Assembly (NCBI RefSeq): GCF_001194135.2 | Contig: NC_068983.1 | Span: 107,993,422-108,057,421 of the forward strand | Reading direction: 5' to 3' | DNA length: 64,000 nt | Source: Octopus bimaculoides | Taxonomy: Eukaryota | Part shown: in pieces, positions 1 through 11,537 of the stretch | Layout of the letters: the number at the start of each line of letters is the position of its first letter | Numbering within the stretch: position 1 is the first letter of the stretch | Program-made: the position numbers and the translations under genes | The notes under the pieces: model-generated | What the model was told of the DNA's origin: nothing | Database searches by the model: none | Seen by the model: only the letters and a program-made list of their open reading frames with translations

Positions 1-130
1 GTTTGTAGGATGTGTCTTTAAATATTTTGTTAAATGAATGTTCTGCAGTATCAACGGTGTTTCTAATGCCTGACTTGGCACAGAGCTGTAATTTCATTCT
101 GTCTCCTTTAGGGATACAACAATAGCTTTT
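1..130 (-). CDS. Candidate exon running off the window (KSYCCIPKGDRMKLQLCAKSGIRNTVDTAEHSFNKIFKDTSYK)
   Basis: TATATTTAG acceptor at 131-132; 43 open codons in one frame only; donor outside the window. Confidence 0.35.
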
Positions 131-511
131 CTAAATATAGTGACACATTCATCTCTCTCTCTACCTCCCTCACACTCACACACACACACACTCTCTCTCT
201 ATCACACAAAAAAGAAGCCTGTATGTAATGCTGGAAAGGAATTAAAGCGAAAATACCAATATAGCAAAACTGAAATTATTTGGATTAAATGGAAAACAAG
301 AATTATTGTAAAGTGTGTAAACAGAAATATTTGATGGGAGGATTAAAGAACATTAATGTATAAAATCAGTATAAAGATATAGAAAGTTAAAGTATAAACA
401 GAGTATTCTGTCTGTCAAACCAAAAAAGCTGAAATGAAGATAAAAGAATATTTTCGGACTTTATCAGCGATTATCATTTATCAATTAAGGAATAGTCTAA
501 TATTAACTTAC

Positions 512-565
512 TTTACATTTTGAAGAGTGTTTTATTAATCTATGTTCAAACTCATCTTTTACTAG
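512..565 (-). CDS. Candidate 54-nt exon (LVKDEFEHRLIKHSSKCK)
   Basis: TTGTTTGTTATATTTCAG acceptor, GTAAGT donor, single open frame; not in phase with 6926-6971 without an extra exon. Confidence 0.3.
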
Positions 566-607
566 CTGAAATATAACAAACAACTAAATATATTGCATAT
601 GTATATA

Positions 608-730
608 TAGGCATGGCTGTGTGTGGTGTGCAAGGTAACTTGGGCAAGTGTCTTCTACTATAGCCTTGGACTAGTCAAAGGCTTGTGAGTGGTTTGGTAG
701 ATGGAAACTGAAAGAAACCTGTTGTGTGCA
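608..730 (+). mobile_element. SINE family B (TTGGGCAAGTGTCTTCTACTATAGCC core)
   Basis: Other copies at about 7745-7895 (-), 10648-10790 (+), 33200-33430 (-), 56700-56860 (-). Confidence 0.8.
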
Positions 731-1120
731 TGTATGTATGTAAATACACACACACACTTCTTTTATTGCCTAGGAGGATTAAATGGTGAGACTAAGCTAG
801 CAAATTTAAATGATTAAACACAGAGTCGTTAATTCTCTCTATATTTTATGGAATGTGTATGTCTCCATTTCCAGCACCACTCCTTCCATGGATGCAAGAA
901 TGCATGTATGTATGTAGAGAGTAATGCTGACTTTCATTTTACTCAAACCACTCCAGACCTCCATATTACCCTCTCACTCTTTCACTAATCCCTTGCTCTA
1001 CTGTTTTTTTTTTTCCTTTCTATAAATCCCTTCTCTAACAGTTTCTCTTAGTGTCTTCACAAACATCTTCTAACAACATACCAATTCATCCTATGAGATA
1101 ACCTTGTGGCTAATAAAAGA

Positions 1121-1540
1121 ATTATTATTATTATTTGTGTCTCATCAGGTGACCTGTAATTCAGACTGCTTCATGGTCGCACAGACAAAATAGAGAAGGT
1201 GTTATCCCAGACAATGGCAAAGGAGATGTGCTGGAATAGCCACTTTGACTCAGCGTGCTCACAATTGCAAATAATCATCTCCGCTCTGATAGTGGTCAGC
1301 AGAGATACGCTCCAGGATCCAAAAATGCCAGAGGTCTCCACTGTCAAAAGTAGAAAGCAACCAATATCTTGACAGTTTGTTTTCTCAGACTGACAAGCAA
1401 CAGAGCCTGGGTGAAATACACCAAATTGCCACTGGGGATGGTGTCACAGCATGTGACATTCCAGATGAAGGGCCTACCATCATGGAATGGGAAAATTGTC
1501 ATACTGTCAGCATACTTTAATTTCTCATCCTCCCACTTAT
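1121..1540 (-). mobile_element. 3' end of a CRE-like non-LTR retrotransposon (restriction-like endonuclease region), decayed, with (TAA)n tail
   Basis: Minus strand translates DSMTIFPFHDGRPFIWNVTCCDTI, then after a frameshift LTVETSGIFGS...ESKWLFQHISFAIVWDNTFSIL*. This matches the RPDGxT.P...G..L.WD.T..DT / P.AVET.G..G / WL.QR.S.A..RGN pattern of CRE-clade RLE domains. (TAA)n tail at 1121-1134. Confidence 0.75.
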
Positions 1541-1912
1541 TTTTTCTTTCAGCTATGGGAATTTTTTAGTGTTCCTAGTTACATGGTAACCTCACTAGTG
1601 CTGCTGCCATAGGAAAAAGTACCCAGTCAATACACTCAGTAAAATGGATGCAAAGTAACAATGATACACACACAAAAATATATGTATTCATTAAGCATCT
1701 GTACAGTTTCCATCAGCAAAATTTCATTCACAAGACAGGAGTTAATCTGAGGCTGCTGTAGATAAACATATACGTGTATGCATGTGCACACATAAGAAGT
1801 AAGGTTAGATGGAAGTTACTCAAGAAAGCTAATGGCATGAATGTTGATAAACATTTTCCTATAAGCATAAATAATAATGATAATAATAATAAAAAAAAAA
1901 TAATAATAATAA

Positions 1913-2776
1913 TAAACCAAGCAACAACCAATCAGTGGCTGAGAAGCTCAGGACTGAAAGCAGAGACTGAAGGTTTCATATTAGCAGCACAAGAGCAAAC
2001 CTTGCTTACCAAAAACTACCAAGCTAACATTCTTCAAAATGGTTCTGACTCTAAATGCAGATTCTGCACTAAATTTGATGAAACACTAGAGCATCTCATC
2101 TCAGGATGCCCTATGCTGACACCAAACGAATACAAAATCATTAGAGTAGGATAGTATTTACATAAGAAAATTTGTAAACACTACAAAATCAGCACTCCTG
2201 CTTACTGGTATGACCATCATCCTGAGCCAGTTGTTGAAGCTAAAAAGTCACTATCTTCTGGGATTTTCCAGTCAACACCGACAGAACAATCCAGGCTAAT
2301 CGATCAGACATAGTCATTAAAGAAAGAGAAGAAAATATTTTTAGACTAATAGATGTAAGTGTTACCACTGATAAAAATATATTTGTAAATGAATTTGACA
2401 AATTAAGTAAATATAAGGACCTGGAAATTGAAATACAAAAGATGTGGCATCTTAAAGTGAGAACTGTTCCTGTTATTGTGGGTGTCCTAGGTATGATAGG
2501 GGATGTTAGAAACATCTAGATAATATCCCAGGAGAACCTTATCTCAGAGAAATCCAAAAGATTGTGCTGACAAGTATTGCTCACATCCTTAAAAAAAAAC
2601 CCTATTCATTTAAATGTATGTGCTGTATTACATGAAGATAACTCACTACTGCCCCTACCATTTCCCCTCTCCAAACTTTCAGTCATACTGTAATATCTCT
2701 TATCCTTCTCTTGCCCTAGGATGCTGGGTGTGTCTCGGCAAGTGAGTGTAACAAACACGAAGATTAAAAGTAAATA

Positions 2777-2808
<32 letters not shown>
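1913..2808 (+). mobile_element. 5'-truncated R4/Dong-clade non-LTR retrotransposon (CCHC finger + RLE + 3' UTR)
   Basis: ETEGFILAAQEQTLLTKNY...CRFCTKFDETLEHLISGC (CCHC); WDFPVNTDRTIQANRSDIV...LIDVSV...KYKDLEIEIQKMW (PD-(D/E)xK); ends EIQKIVLTSIAHILKK. Contains stops and frameshifts; (TAA)n runs on both sides. Confidence 0.9.
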
Positions 2809-3010
2809 CCTTGCTGCTGAAGGCACAAGGCCTGAAATTTTGTTGGTAGGGGACTAGTTGAATACATTGACTACAGTGTTTCACTAGTACTTAATTTATT
2901 GACCCCCCAAAAAATGAGAGACAAACTTGACCTCGGTGGAATTTGAACTCAAAACGTAAAGCCGGATGAAATACTGCTAAGCATTTCATGCCAGCTCGAT
3001 GCCTAATAAC
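2809..3010 (-). mobile_element. SINE family A (tRNA-like head; core GTTCAAATTC...TTTGCCTTTCATCCTTT...GGGGTCGAT)
   Basis: Homologous copies at about 15300-15500 (+), 19365-19590 (-), 25531-25745 (+), 36870-37750 (+, four copies), 38190-38580 (-, two), 46893-47100 (+), 61640-62100 (-, two). Confidence 0.85.
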
Positions 3011-3019
3011 AAATTTCTG

Positions 3020-3410
3020 GTCCTGTGCTGGTGGCATGTGAAAAGCACCATTTGAGTGAGGTTGATGCCAGTGCCAGCTGATTGGTCCCGTGCCAGTGGC
3101 ACATAAAAAGCACCATTCAAGAACTGCTGCCAGTGCCACCTGACTGGCTCCCATGCTGGGGGCACATAAAAAGCATCATTCAGGCATGGTCGATGCCAAT
3201 ACCGCCTGATTGGCCCTCATGCCGGTGGCACATAAAAAGCACCCACTACACTTTTGGAGTGGTTGGTATCAAGAAGGGCAATCAGCTGTAGAAACTTTAA
3301 CAGATCAGATTGGAGCCTGGTGCAGCCTTCTGGCATGCCAGCCCTCAGTCAAACTGTCCAACCCATGACAGCATGGAAAGCAGATATTAAACGATGATGA
3401 TAATGACGAT
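3020..3410 (+). mobile_element. SINE family C (AGGAAGGGCATCCAGCTGTAGAAACTCTGCC...(GAT)n tail) with internal tandem units
   Basis: Other copies at about 10468-10593 (+), 21428-21568 (+), 55930-56203 (+). Confidence 0.85.
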
Positions 3411-4124
3411 GACTCTAGACCTCCATACAAGTGTAATTAAATTCCTCAAATGTCAACATTATCTTCATCTGAGTTGATAAATAAATTCCCAGATAAGGAA
3501 CTGTGCACAATTTTAACTTATTCAGAATGGAAAATCATTGAAAAGAATGTGGTGAAAACGTTTTAACAAACACATCTACAAATATTTTAATCAATAGTTT
3601 AATTCACAATGCAGAAGTTATTTGTAGGTTGTATGTATGTTTATGAGTATGCATATACACACATACATGCACACACACTTATGTGTGTGTGTGTAAACAT
3701 ATATACATATGTATACACACACACAAACACACACACACACACATATATGTTTATACACACATATGCATAGATCTATCTTTTACTTGTTTCAACTGTTTGG
3801 TTGTAGTCATACTGGAGTACTGCCTTGAAGCCTCAGCAAATGCTGAAACCCAAGAATGAACTGTTGACCTTTAAGTAGATAGATTGATTAATTAACTGAC
3901 TATTAGATAAATATAAATAAAAATTTTAGAATATCCCACATGAATCAAATATACGACAAATTCATTTTTACAAATATTGGTGTTAAAACTAAGTGCCACA
4001 ATGAAGTATGCATACGCACATACACATACACACATAAGTGTGTGTGTAAACATATATACCCATGTATACACACACACACACACACACACACATATATGTT
4101 TATACACACATATGCATAAATCTA

Positions 4125-5090
4125 TCTTTTACTTGTTTATATTTTTCAATAAAAACTATGTTTTGCTAATTCTTTGTTGTTCTGTTGTACTTTCCATTTT
4201 CTTGTACAATGGGAAGACTCTTCAAAATTCAGTTGTAAAGTTCCTGAACATCACTTTAAATATTCACTGAATAAAATTTTTCATGTATTTGGATAAGATA
4301 TTTTTTGTCAGTAAACAGTCTTCTACTTTCTCACTGACATGCTTGTTTTCTCAATGTAATTCTTAACAGAAACACAGCATGTGATTATAAAAATTTAGTT
4401 TACAGATAAGCATGTAAACTTTTTAAAAGTTTGTTCTTTTTCAAAGCAGAACCTACAAATAAGTTCATACAAATTCCACAATAAAATCAACATTTTTTTA
4501 CTGTCAATTTTGATACACAGGTGCTATATGCTTTCTTTAGTGACTTTAGCTGGGTTTTGTTTTTTTAACAATCTTTTGGTTTCCTAAATTCTCATATTTG
4601 GATGGTATTTTTGTGGTGGTAGCTTTTAATTAATTATATCAAAGACCTCAGTATTCATAGAATTGTGAAAAGAAATATAACAGAATAACTTTTTTCTGTT
4701 TTACTTTTTATACTTTTTAAAATACAAGTGTTAGTTATTTTTGCTCTCCATATTCCATTGTCACGTAATGACTGTGGATAATATCTATCAATCAAGATAT
4801 GTCTTAGTTCCTTTAGTCTTTTCTTTCACGTGTTTGGATTTAATCTGATGGTACACACTTTTAGCTATATTGAAACTGAATACTGGTTCTTATGTGTTTG
4901 CCTATCATGAAGTAAAAAGTAAACATTGGCTCAAAACAATGGGTTTATAATGTCGATTTTTTCTTGATCCTGTTCAGATTTTTGAACCAACAATTGTAAA
5001 AAGAATAATTTATTATTGCCATACTTCATAGTAAACAAGACATTAATATTGAAACTGTTTATAAATATCTTAAATTTGGAAAGTCTATCA
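4125..5090 (-). mobile_element. Penelope-like element remnant: RT C-terminus, linker and GIY-YIG endonuclease
   Basis: INSFNINVLFTMKYGNNKLFFLQLLV (RT motif LNSFH..IKFT.E..N.LPFLD); RLKELRHILIDRYYPQSLRDNGIWRAK; NYIEKTSMSVRK (YIG motif); RVFPLYKKMESTTEQQRISK. Multiple stops and frameshifts. Confidence 0.85.
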
Positions 5091-5149
5091 AAGTGTTCTT
5101 CTAGTATATACATACACACTCACACTATCTGTCTGTCTATCTAGTTGAA

Positions 5150-5275
5150 ATTTACAGGAAAGATGAAGATAGGTGTATAAACAACAAGCAAGTGTATTAG
5201 TTTGATGCTCGGGAAGGTGAGAATGTCTTTTATGTTTCGAGCCTATGCTCTTCAACAGAAAGGAACACAAAGAAA
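5150..5275 (-). mobile_element. Penelope-type terminal repeat with a degenerate hammerhead-like motif
   Basis: Minus strand CTTT-CTGTTGA-A-GAGC-ATAG-GCTC-GAAAC-ATA-AAAG at 5262-5227, directly 5' of the Penelope ORF remnant. Confidence 0.55.
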
Positions 5276-5339
5276 TAAACTATCTATCTATCTATAGATA
5301 AATAAATAGATCTGTATATACATTCCAAGATATATATAT

Positions 5340-5940
5340 ATAGAATGTTCTCTATGTGGCTCGTGTGTTCTCGTCTACGTTTGTTTGCAATGTCCTGTAC
5401 CCAGATATGCACCTATACATACAGGTGGATGTCGGTATGCACATACCTGTACGTATATATGCATATACTCATTTACTATTTGTTTTTACATGATTGAACG
5501 CAGCGCCTTCCAACTGTAAGTAGTTTTCGTAAACTCATATCCTCTGACGCTACTCTATCTCTTTCTCTTTCTCTTTCTTTTTTCCACCTCTCGTTCTTCC
5601 TCTGTTACTACTACGTATATCATTTTTCCCCCTCGTATTTCCTCTCTTTCTCTTTTCCTCTCGTTGCTCACCTACTCTTCTACTTCCTCCCTTTGTTTCT
5701 CCCTCTACCACTCTCTCTACCGGCATGGTCACATGCTTCCAGTCAATAATCCTTTCCTTCCTTGGCTTTCACCAAGCAACGCACGCACCACTTTGTCCCT
5801 CTCAAGTTCGTGCTTCATCGCGTTCATACATACATAATTTTTCTCGTCTGGCCGTAAAGCCTTTTCTGTTTGTTTTCCTGTCTTGTTTTTGTCTGCCACT
5901 ACATTCCTCCATGGCTAGATTTAATTTGCGTATACAAATT
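5340..5940. repeat. Unclassified CpG-retaining interspersed repeat running into an N gap
   Basis: Higher GC/CpG than the flanks, with a CT-rich core; no recognisable protein motif. Confidence 0.3.
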
Positions 5941-6243
5941 NNNNNNNNNNNNNNNNNNNNNNNNNNNNNNNNNNNNNNNNNNNNNNNNNNNNNNNNNNNN
6001 NNNNNNNNNNNNNNNNNNNNNNNNNNNNNNNNNNNNNNNNNNNNNNNNNNNNNNNNNNNNNNNNNNNNNNNNNNNNNNNNNNNNNNNNNNNNNNNNNNNN
6101 NNNNNNNNNNNNNNNNNNNNNNNNNNNNNNNNNNNNNNNNNNNNNNNNNNNNNNNNNNNNNNNNNNNNNNNNNNNNNNNNNNNNNNNNNNNNNNNNNNNN
6201 NNNNNNNNNNNNNNNNNNNNNNNNNNNNNNNNNNNNNNNNNNN

Positions 6244-6409
6244 ATATTAACATGCTCGGAAACAAGTGAGGTCTGAGGACGGAAAATGCCTCTGGCTATA
6301 GATCTATCCCAACAAATCCCATTTAACCCATACAAACACAAATTAAGTAGACATTAAAAATTATGATTTTCCGTCCTCAGACCTCACTTGTTTCCGAGCA
6401 TGTTAATAT
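6244..6409. repeat. Perfect 44-bp inverted repeat with 78-bp spacer (MITE-like) at a contig edge
   Basis: 6244-6287 is the exact reverse complement of 6366-6409. Confidence 0.85.
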
Positions 6410-6925
6410 CTCCTCATGGCCAATCTTTACATTTATCAACATAATCTATCAGGGACTGTGAATGTATTTTTTCATTCAGATGAAAAGACATGCAAAGCAA
6501 AAAAAAAAGCAAAAAAAAAGCANNNNNNNNNNTCTATCAGGGACTGTGAATGTATTTTTTCATTCAGATGAAAAGACATGCAAAGCAAAAAAAAAAGCAA
6601 AAAAAAAGCAGGATTTCATGAAACATAAAAGTCATCATAATCATCATTGTTCTATTTCTCATACTATCACGGGCCAGAATGAATTCATTAAGACAAATTT
6701 TCTACAATCAGATGCCTTTGTTGTTGCCAACCTTCACCTATTTCCAAGTACAATAGTGTCCCTTCACATTCACAGAAGATTGGTCCTGAAGGACATTGCT
6801 TGTTTAATGGAGAGAGTTCTATCATATTATGTCAAGATGAGACGACAGTAACAGCCACTCTCCTCTCCTTCACACATATATACACATGGAAAACACTTAG
6901 AAGTGCTCAAATGATTTGAACTTAC

Positions 6926-6971
6926 ACTCTGATATCTTCACCAAGGACCACGTCAGCAGGATAAAGAGTGG
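6926..6971 (-). CDS. Candidate internal coding exon (46 nt; TLYPADVVLGEDIR), product unknown
   Basis: TTGGCTTCTCCTTATAG acceptor, GTAAGT donor, about 48% GC, open frame. Confidence 0.45.
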
Positions 6972-7132
6972 CTATAAGGAGAAGCCAAGTGAGCAGATAT
7001 GGAGACAATGATTCAAATAAACAGATAAAACTTCGGGTTTTAATGCACAGAATATATACACAAGTATACAAATGTAAAAAGAGAAGGCAGATTATAAATA
7101 ATCAGGTATAAATATATACTTTTTTTTTTAAT

Positions 7133-7414
7133 GGAGCAAACTTACTCAGGTTACAGAGACTCAAAAAGAAGTGGAGAGAAGGCATTACAAGTCTGACCAC
7201 TGTTTCTAAGGGCTCGGAGTTACTTCATAATGTTGGCAGATGTAGTTGATCAAAAATTTGCAGCTGGTAATGGAAGCAAATAAACATTGGTAAACTCCAG
7301 AGCCTCCTTCGGCAAGGTGAATAGGTAACTCAGAGCCCTCAGAAACAGCTGTTAGACTTGTAACACCTTCTCCCCTCTAATTCTTTGAGTCTGTGTAATC
7401 TGAGTAAGTTTGTT

Positions 7415-7416
<2 letters not shown>
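7133..7416. mobile_element. MITE-like element with about 85-bp imperfect terminal inverted repeats
   Basis: CAAACTTACTCAGGTTACAGAGACTCAAA...GAGTTAC (about 7137-7222) pairs with GTAACTCAGAG...TTTGAGTCTGTGTAATCTGAGTAAGTTTG (about 7326-7412). Confidence 0.7.
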
Positions 7417-7459
<43 letters not shown>

Positions 7460-8638
7460 TTCATTGTTTATCATCTGAAAATTTTGAGTCTACCTTCACT
7501 TCTTATATGTATACATGTATATATATTATGTATATTAAAACCCAAGGTTTTATCTGTTTATTTGAAGCATTGCCTCTCCCTCACTCTCTCTGAATATATA
7601 CATAAATACATATATAAAGATATATATATACACATACACACACATATATATATGCACATATTTATACATATATATATATATATATATATACATACACACA
7701 TATATGTATAACATATTTATATATATTTATATCAACACACACACACCTGATAGGCTAAGCTTCTGTTTTTGTCTACCAAATCCTCTGAGAAGACTTTGAT
7801 CAATTAGAAGCCACTTACCAAATTACCACACAGTAGGACTGGATCCAAAACTCTGAGGTTACAAAGCAAACTTTTTAACCAGTAGTCACTTCTGTACTTT
7901 AGTTGAAATAAAATGGAGGGAAATATGTAACAATATTGATAGCAACTAACGAGATGTGAAAAATAATTTGGTAGTTTATCTAAAGAATTTGGTAAACATG
8001 AGGATTACATAATTAAGATAAGGAGAAAACTAAAGATTTTAGTCCAGTAACCAACACTCCTCACTTTGGACTAAATTTGGGGAAAGATAACTAAGTGTAT
8101 CAGGATTTTGCCTCCAGGCAGATATTAATTACTGAAAACCATTCTACTGGAGACGATAATGAGTTATGAAGTGAGTTATCTGCTAGCAGAGGGAGGTTTA
8201 GTGGGTGGGACACAAAACGTTTTGGATCAGCAGCAGTAGAAGAATGAATACAAGTCTAAGAGCATCATCAGTGATACACTGCTTTTTTCTCAAGAGTTCA
8301 CAACTGTGACATATATGTGCACATGCATACACAACACATACGCATGTAGATATTTACATTTATATACATTCGTACTGACATAGAGATAGGGATACATAGA
8401 TAGATACATAGTAACATACACACAAACACATGGAGGCACATGCACACACACACAAAGTAATTCACTCATCTGTTAAGCATAATGTTTTTGAACATATTAA
8501 ACATTCAGAAAAATAAAGTAAATTATTCGATTTTGCATGAAGAGACAGAAGTGCCTAATCAAAATACGAAAGGTGTGACAAAGGTAGAATGATTATATCA
8601 TAATTAATTAGAAGCCACTGCAATGCTGAAAACCCTAC

Positions 8639-8710
8639 CATATCATTAGCTGGCATCTGAGGGCCAGGGATTTCTTAATCCCTGGCCCTCAGATGCCAAC
8701 TAATAATATG
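8639..8710. repeat. 72-nt near-perfect hairpin (34-bp stem, 4-nt loop)
   Basis: 8639-8672 pairs with 8677-8710 with two transition differences. Confidence 0.85.
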
Positions 8711-8777
8711 GAAGAGTCCTTTAACTTGTATGATTCACGTGAGTGAGGTAATGATGACTGAATAAGCCTTTACTCAC

Positions 8778-8790
8778 AGAAGGGTTCCAT
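8778..8790 (-). CDS. Candidate 13-nt micro-exon (MEPF)
   Basis: ATTTCTTTGCTATGTTTTGCAG acceptor, GTGAGT donor; phase-compatible with both neighbours. Confidence 0.4.
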
Positions 8791-9194
8791 CTGCAAAACA
8801 TAGCAAAGAAATATGAAAATATATTTTATTCCCCTATGAGAGAATAAACCAATTTCAATGAGCCTGTCACTAATGAATCATTACTTCTCTTCTCTCACTA
8901 CCCTGAAGTATACCACAGGGGGTAAGGAGCCAACTCAGAACTCTTAAGTGGAGAAACTGATACTTTATTTATTTGACTATTTTGAACCCCCAAACAGATT
9001 TTATTAAGTGAAGTATTATTAAAGGATTTCCTAAATGTTATTTTTTCATCATTACACACTTTTACTACAAGTAAAGCTCATGCTTTAAATGCTGCAAATA
9101 AAAGATGTTATAATATGACCAGCTAAATCAAAGAACAGAGAAAAAATTTCATCATATATAATGGTGAGAAAAAAAAAAAATTTGGGGGATGTGC

Positions 9195-9234
<40 letters not shown>

Positions 9235-9811
9235 TTGGTCTTCACTAATATACTTGGTCTTCACTACAGCTTATCATTATTTTCATTATTTTACTGTCCT
9301 TTGTCTAACCTCTTTTGTCACACATTCTGTGACATCTCCAGAGACTCTTTATCCCACGCATTTCCTCTTGTTCTGCTTAGTACATAATAATAATAAAGGT
9401 GAAGTAAAGACCAAACATATGTGTTTAACTGGTAAAATATGACTCTCCCCAAGTATAACAATATCCATTTCAACACATGATTTCACATCAAGAGAAATAC
9501 ATAAACATATATACATACATATATCATGAATAGATAGGGATAATAAATCCAGGCAGGTACCATTCAAGCATTCAGTAAACTGTGTTATGTGTGTGTGTGT
9601 GTGTGTGTGTGCATAAAAATTTAATTCTGATTTAAACTTACAGAGTCATATTTCAAATGAGTAGATACATATTTTATAAAATGGGTAGATAAACTTAAAA
9701 AATGCAAAGACATAGATATTTATAAGGGAGAAGAAATGGGTGGTTGACATATTTATGCCATTCCCATACATTAGCAGTATGCGGCTTTATCAGTGTTGCA
9801 ACGCAGCTTAC

Positions 9812-9839
9812 CTGCTGATTACTTCTCAGGCTTACAATA
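9812..9839 (-). CDS. Candidate 28-nt exon (IVSLRSNQQ)
   Basis: CAG|GTAAGC donor; its single open frame joins 8778-8790 in phase. Confidence 0.4.
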
Positions 9840-11010
9840 CTATTTACAGTAAAAGTAAAATAGTGTATTAAACATAGCAATATTTTGAAAAGAAACATCT
9901 CTTTCAAGATAACATTTTAAGGAGGGGTGGTTGTTTTTATTTATTTAAAATTATCATCATTTTTTTTTTTTCACATAAGCTGGTTATCTTCATTCACTAA
10001 ATGGGAATCCCTTTAAGAATGAACAAAGTTACATATACTAAGGAAGACTAAAAGTTGAATATAACTGGGTAAGGGAGGAATGGATCAGCACTAGCTGCTG
10101 TGATATCAATCTCAGCTGGTGACCTGCTCTCATGCCCTACAGACAAGTACCAAACAGAGAGAGACAAATCAAGATGATAACATTTCAGCAGTCTTATCCA
10201 TAGGGCACAGCCACAAGTGAATACAAAACACACATGCATGTGCATATATACACACAAATACATAAATATATACTCTCGATTAAATGTTTGTACATGCATA
10301 TAAACACATGTATTATGTGTATGTAAAAAAAATATATATACAGTACATGTACGTACTTGAGTGTTTTACATAGATATATGTATATACACATGTATGTGTG
10401 TGCGTGTGTGTATATATATATATATATATATGATTAATAGATAGATAGATAAATATATATATACATATACATCCAGCTGTAGAAACTCTGCCAGATCAGA
10501 TTGGAGCCTGGTGCAGCCTTCTGGCTTGCCAGTCCTCAGTCAAATCGTCCAACCCATGCTAGCAAGGAAAGTGGACGTTAAATGATGATGATGATATATG
10601 CATACATATATACATACATTTATATACATATATAGACACACACAGAGGCACTGATGTGTGGCTAAGAAGTTTGCTTCCAAACCAAAAGGTTGTGGGTTCA
10701 GTCACACTGCAGGGCAACAAAGGAAAGTATCTTCTATTATAGCACAAGTGGAAATTAGAAGATAGAAACTGAAACAAGCCCTTCATGTTTCTATGTGTGT
10801 GTTTGTGTTTGTTTCTTCAAGTGAATTTGTATTTCCTTTATCTTCATGTGTTTGCTGGATGTAAAAAAATGTTCTTGCCATATGTCATTTGTTATTGTGA
10901 AAGAATGCCTGGGCGCCTTCACATTGAAAGGAGAGTGGCTTCTACTATAGCTCAAGTTTGACCAAAGCATTGCAAGTGAATTCGGTAAACAGGAACAAAA
11001 AAAAAAAGAC

Positions 11011-11046
<36 letters not shown>

Positions 11047-11492
11047 GACAGGCAGATAAAGAGATATGCATGTGTATGTGTTTGCACATGTGTGTCTGCA
11101 GGTGCATTTAAATGTAATTGCTAGGATGAAAGTGCTGTGGTTGGAATTATTGTCCAGACACCTTTTGCATCTAAAGCTGTGTGGAATAAGAGATTGCTAA
11201 CTTGAAAAACAGTTAAGAATTAAGATCAGGAAGGACATCTGGCTGTACAACAATGCCTCAAATAACATGTTCATCAGAATGTGGACATTTGGAAGAAAAA
11301 AAGTAAAGCAAGTGGACAATAAAATTATATAAGAAATTTACTGTTCGAAACTAGTTGTAAAAAAAGCTAATAAGAAAATATAAAAATTTTAAAATATTAT
11401 AATGTGAGACTAGAAATATCACGCAACCAACATTTATGTCAGATGTTACACACACTGAATAAAATATATATGATTATATATATATATATATA

Positions 11493-11537
<45 letters not shown>

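Noticed and set aside
3645-4140. About 140-bp local direct duplication
   Set aside because: Mostly (CA)/(TA) low-complexity sequence with no functional signal.
6444-6610. 78-bp direct repeat either side of an 11-N gap
   Set aside because: Typical overlapping contig ends; an assembly artefact. The 24316-24368 / 24808-24860 repeat near a 10-N gap is probably similar.
10032-10136. Strong minus-strand acceptor followed by GHESRSPAEIDITAASADPFLPYPVIFNF*
   Set aside because: Stops in all frames before the first good donor; it could be an alternative terminal exon but has no support.
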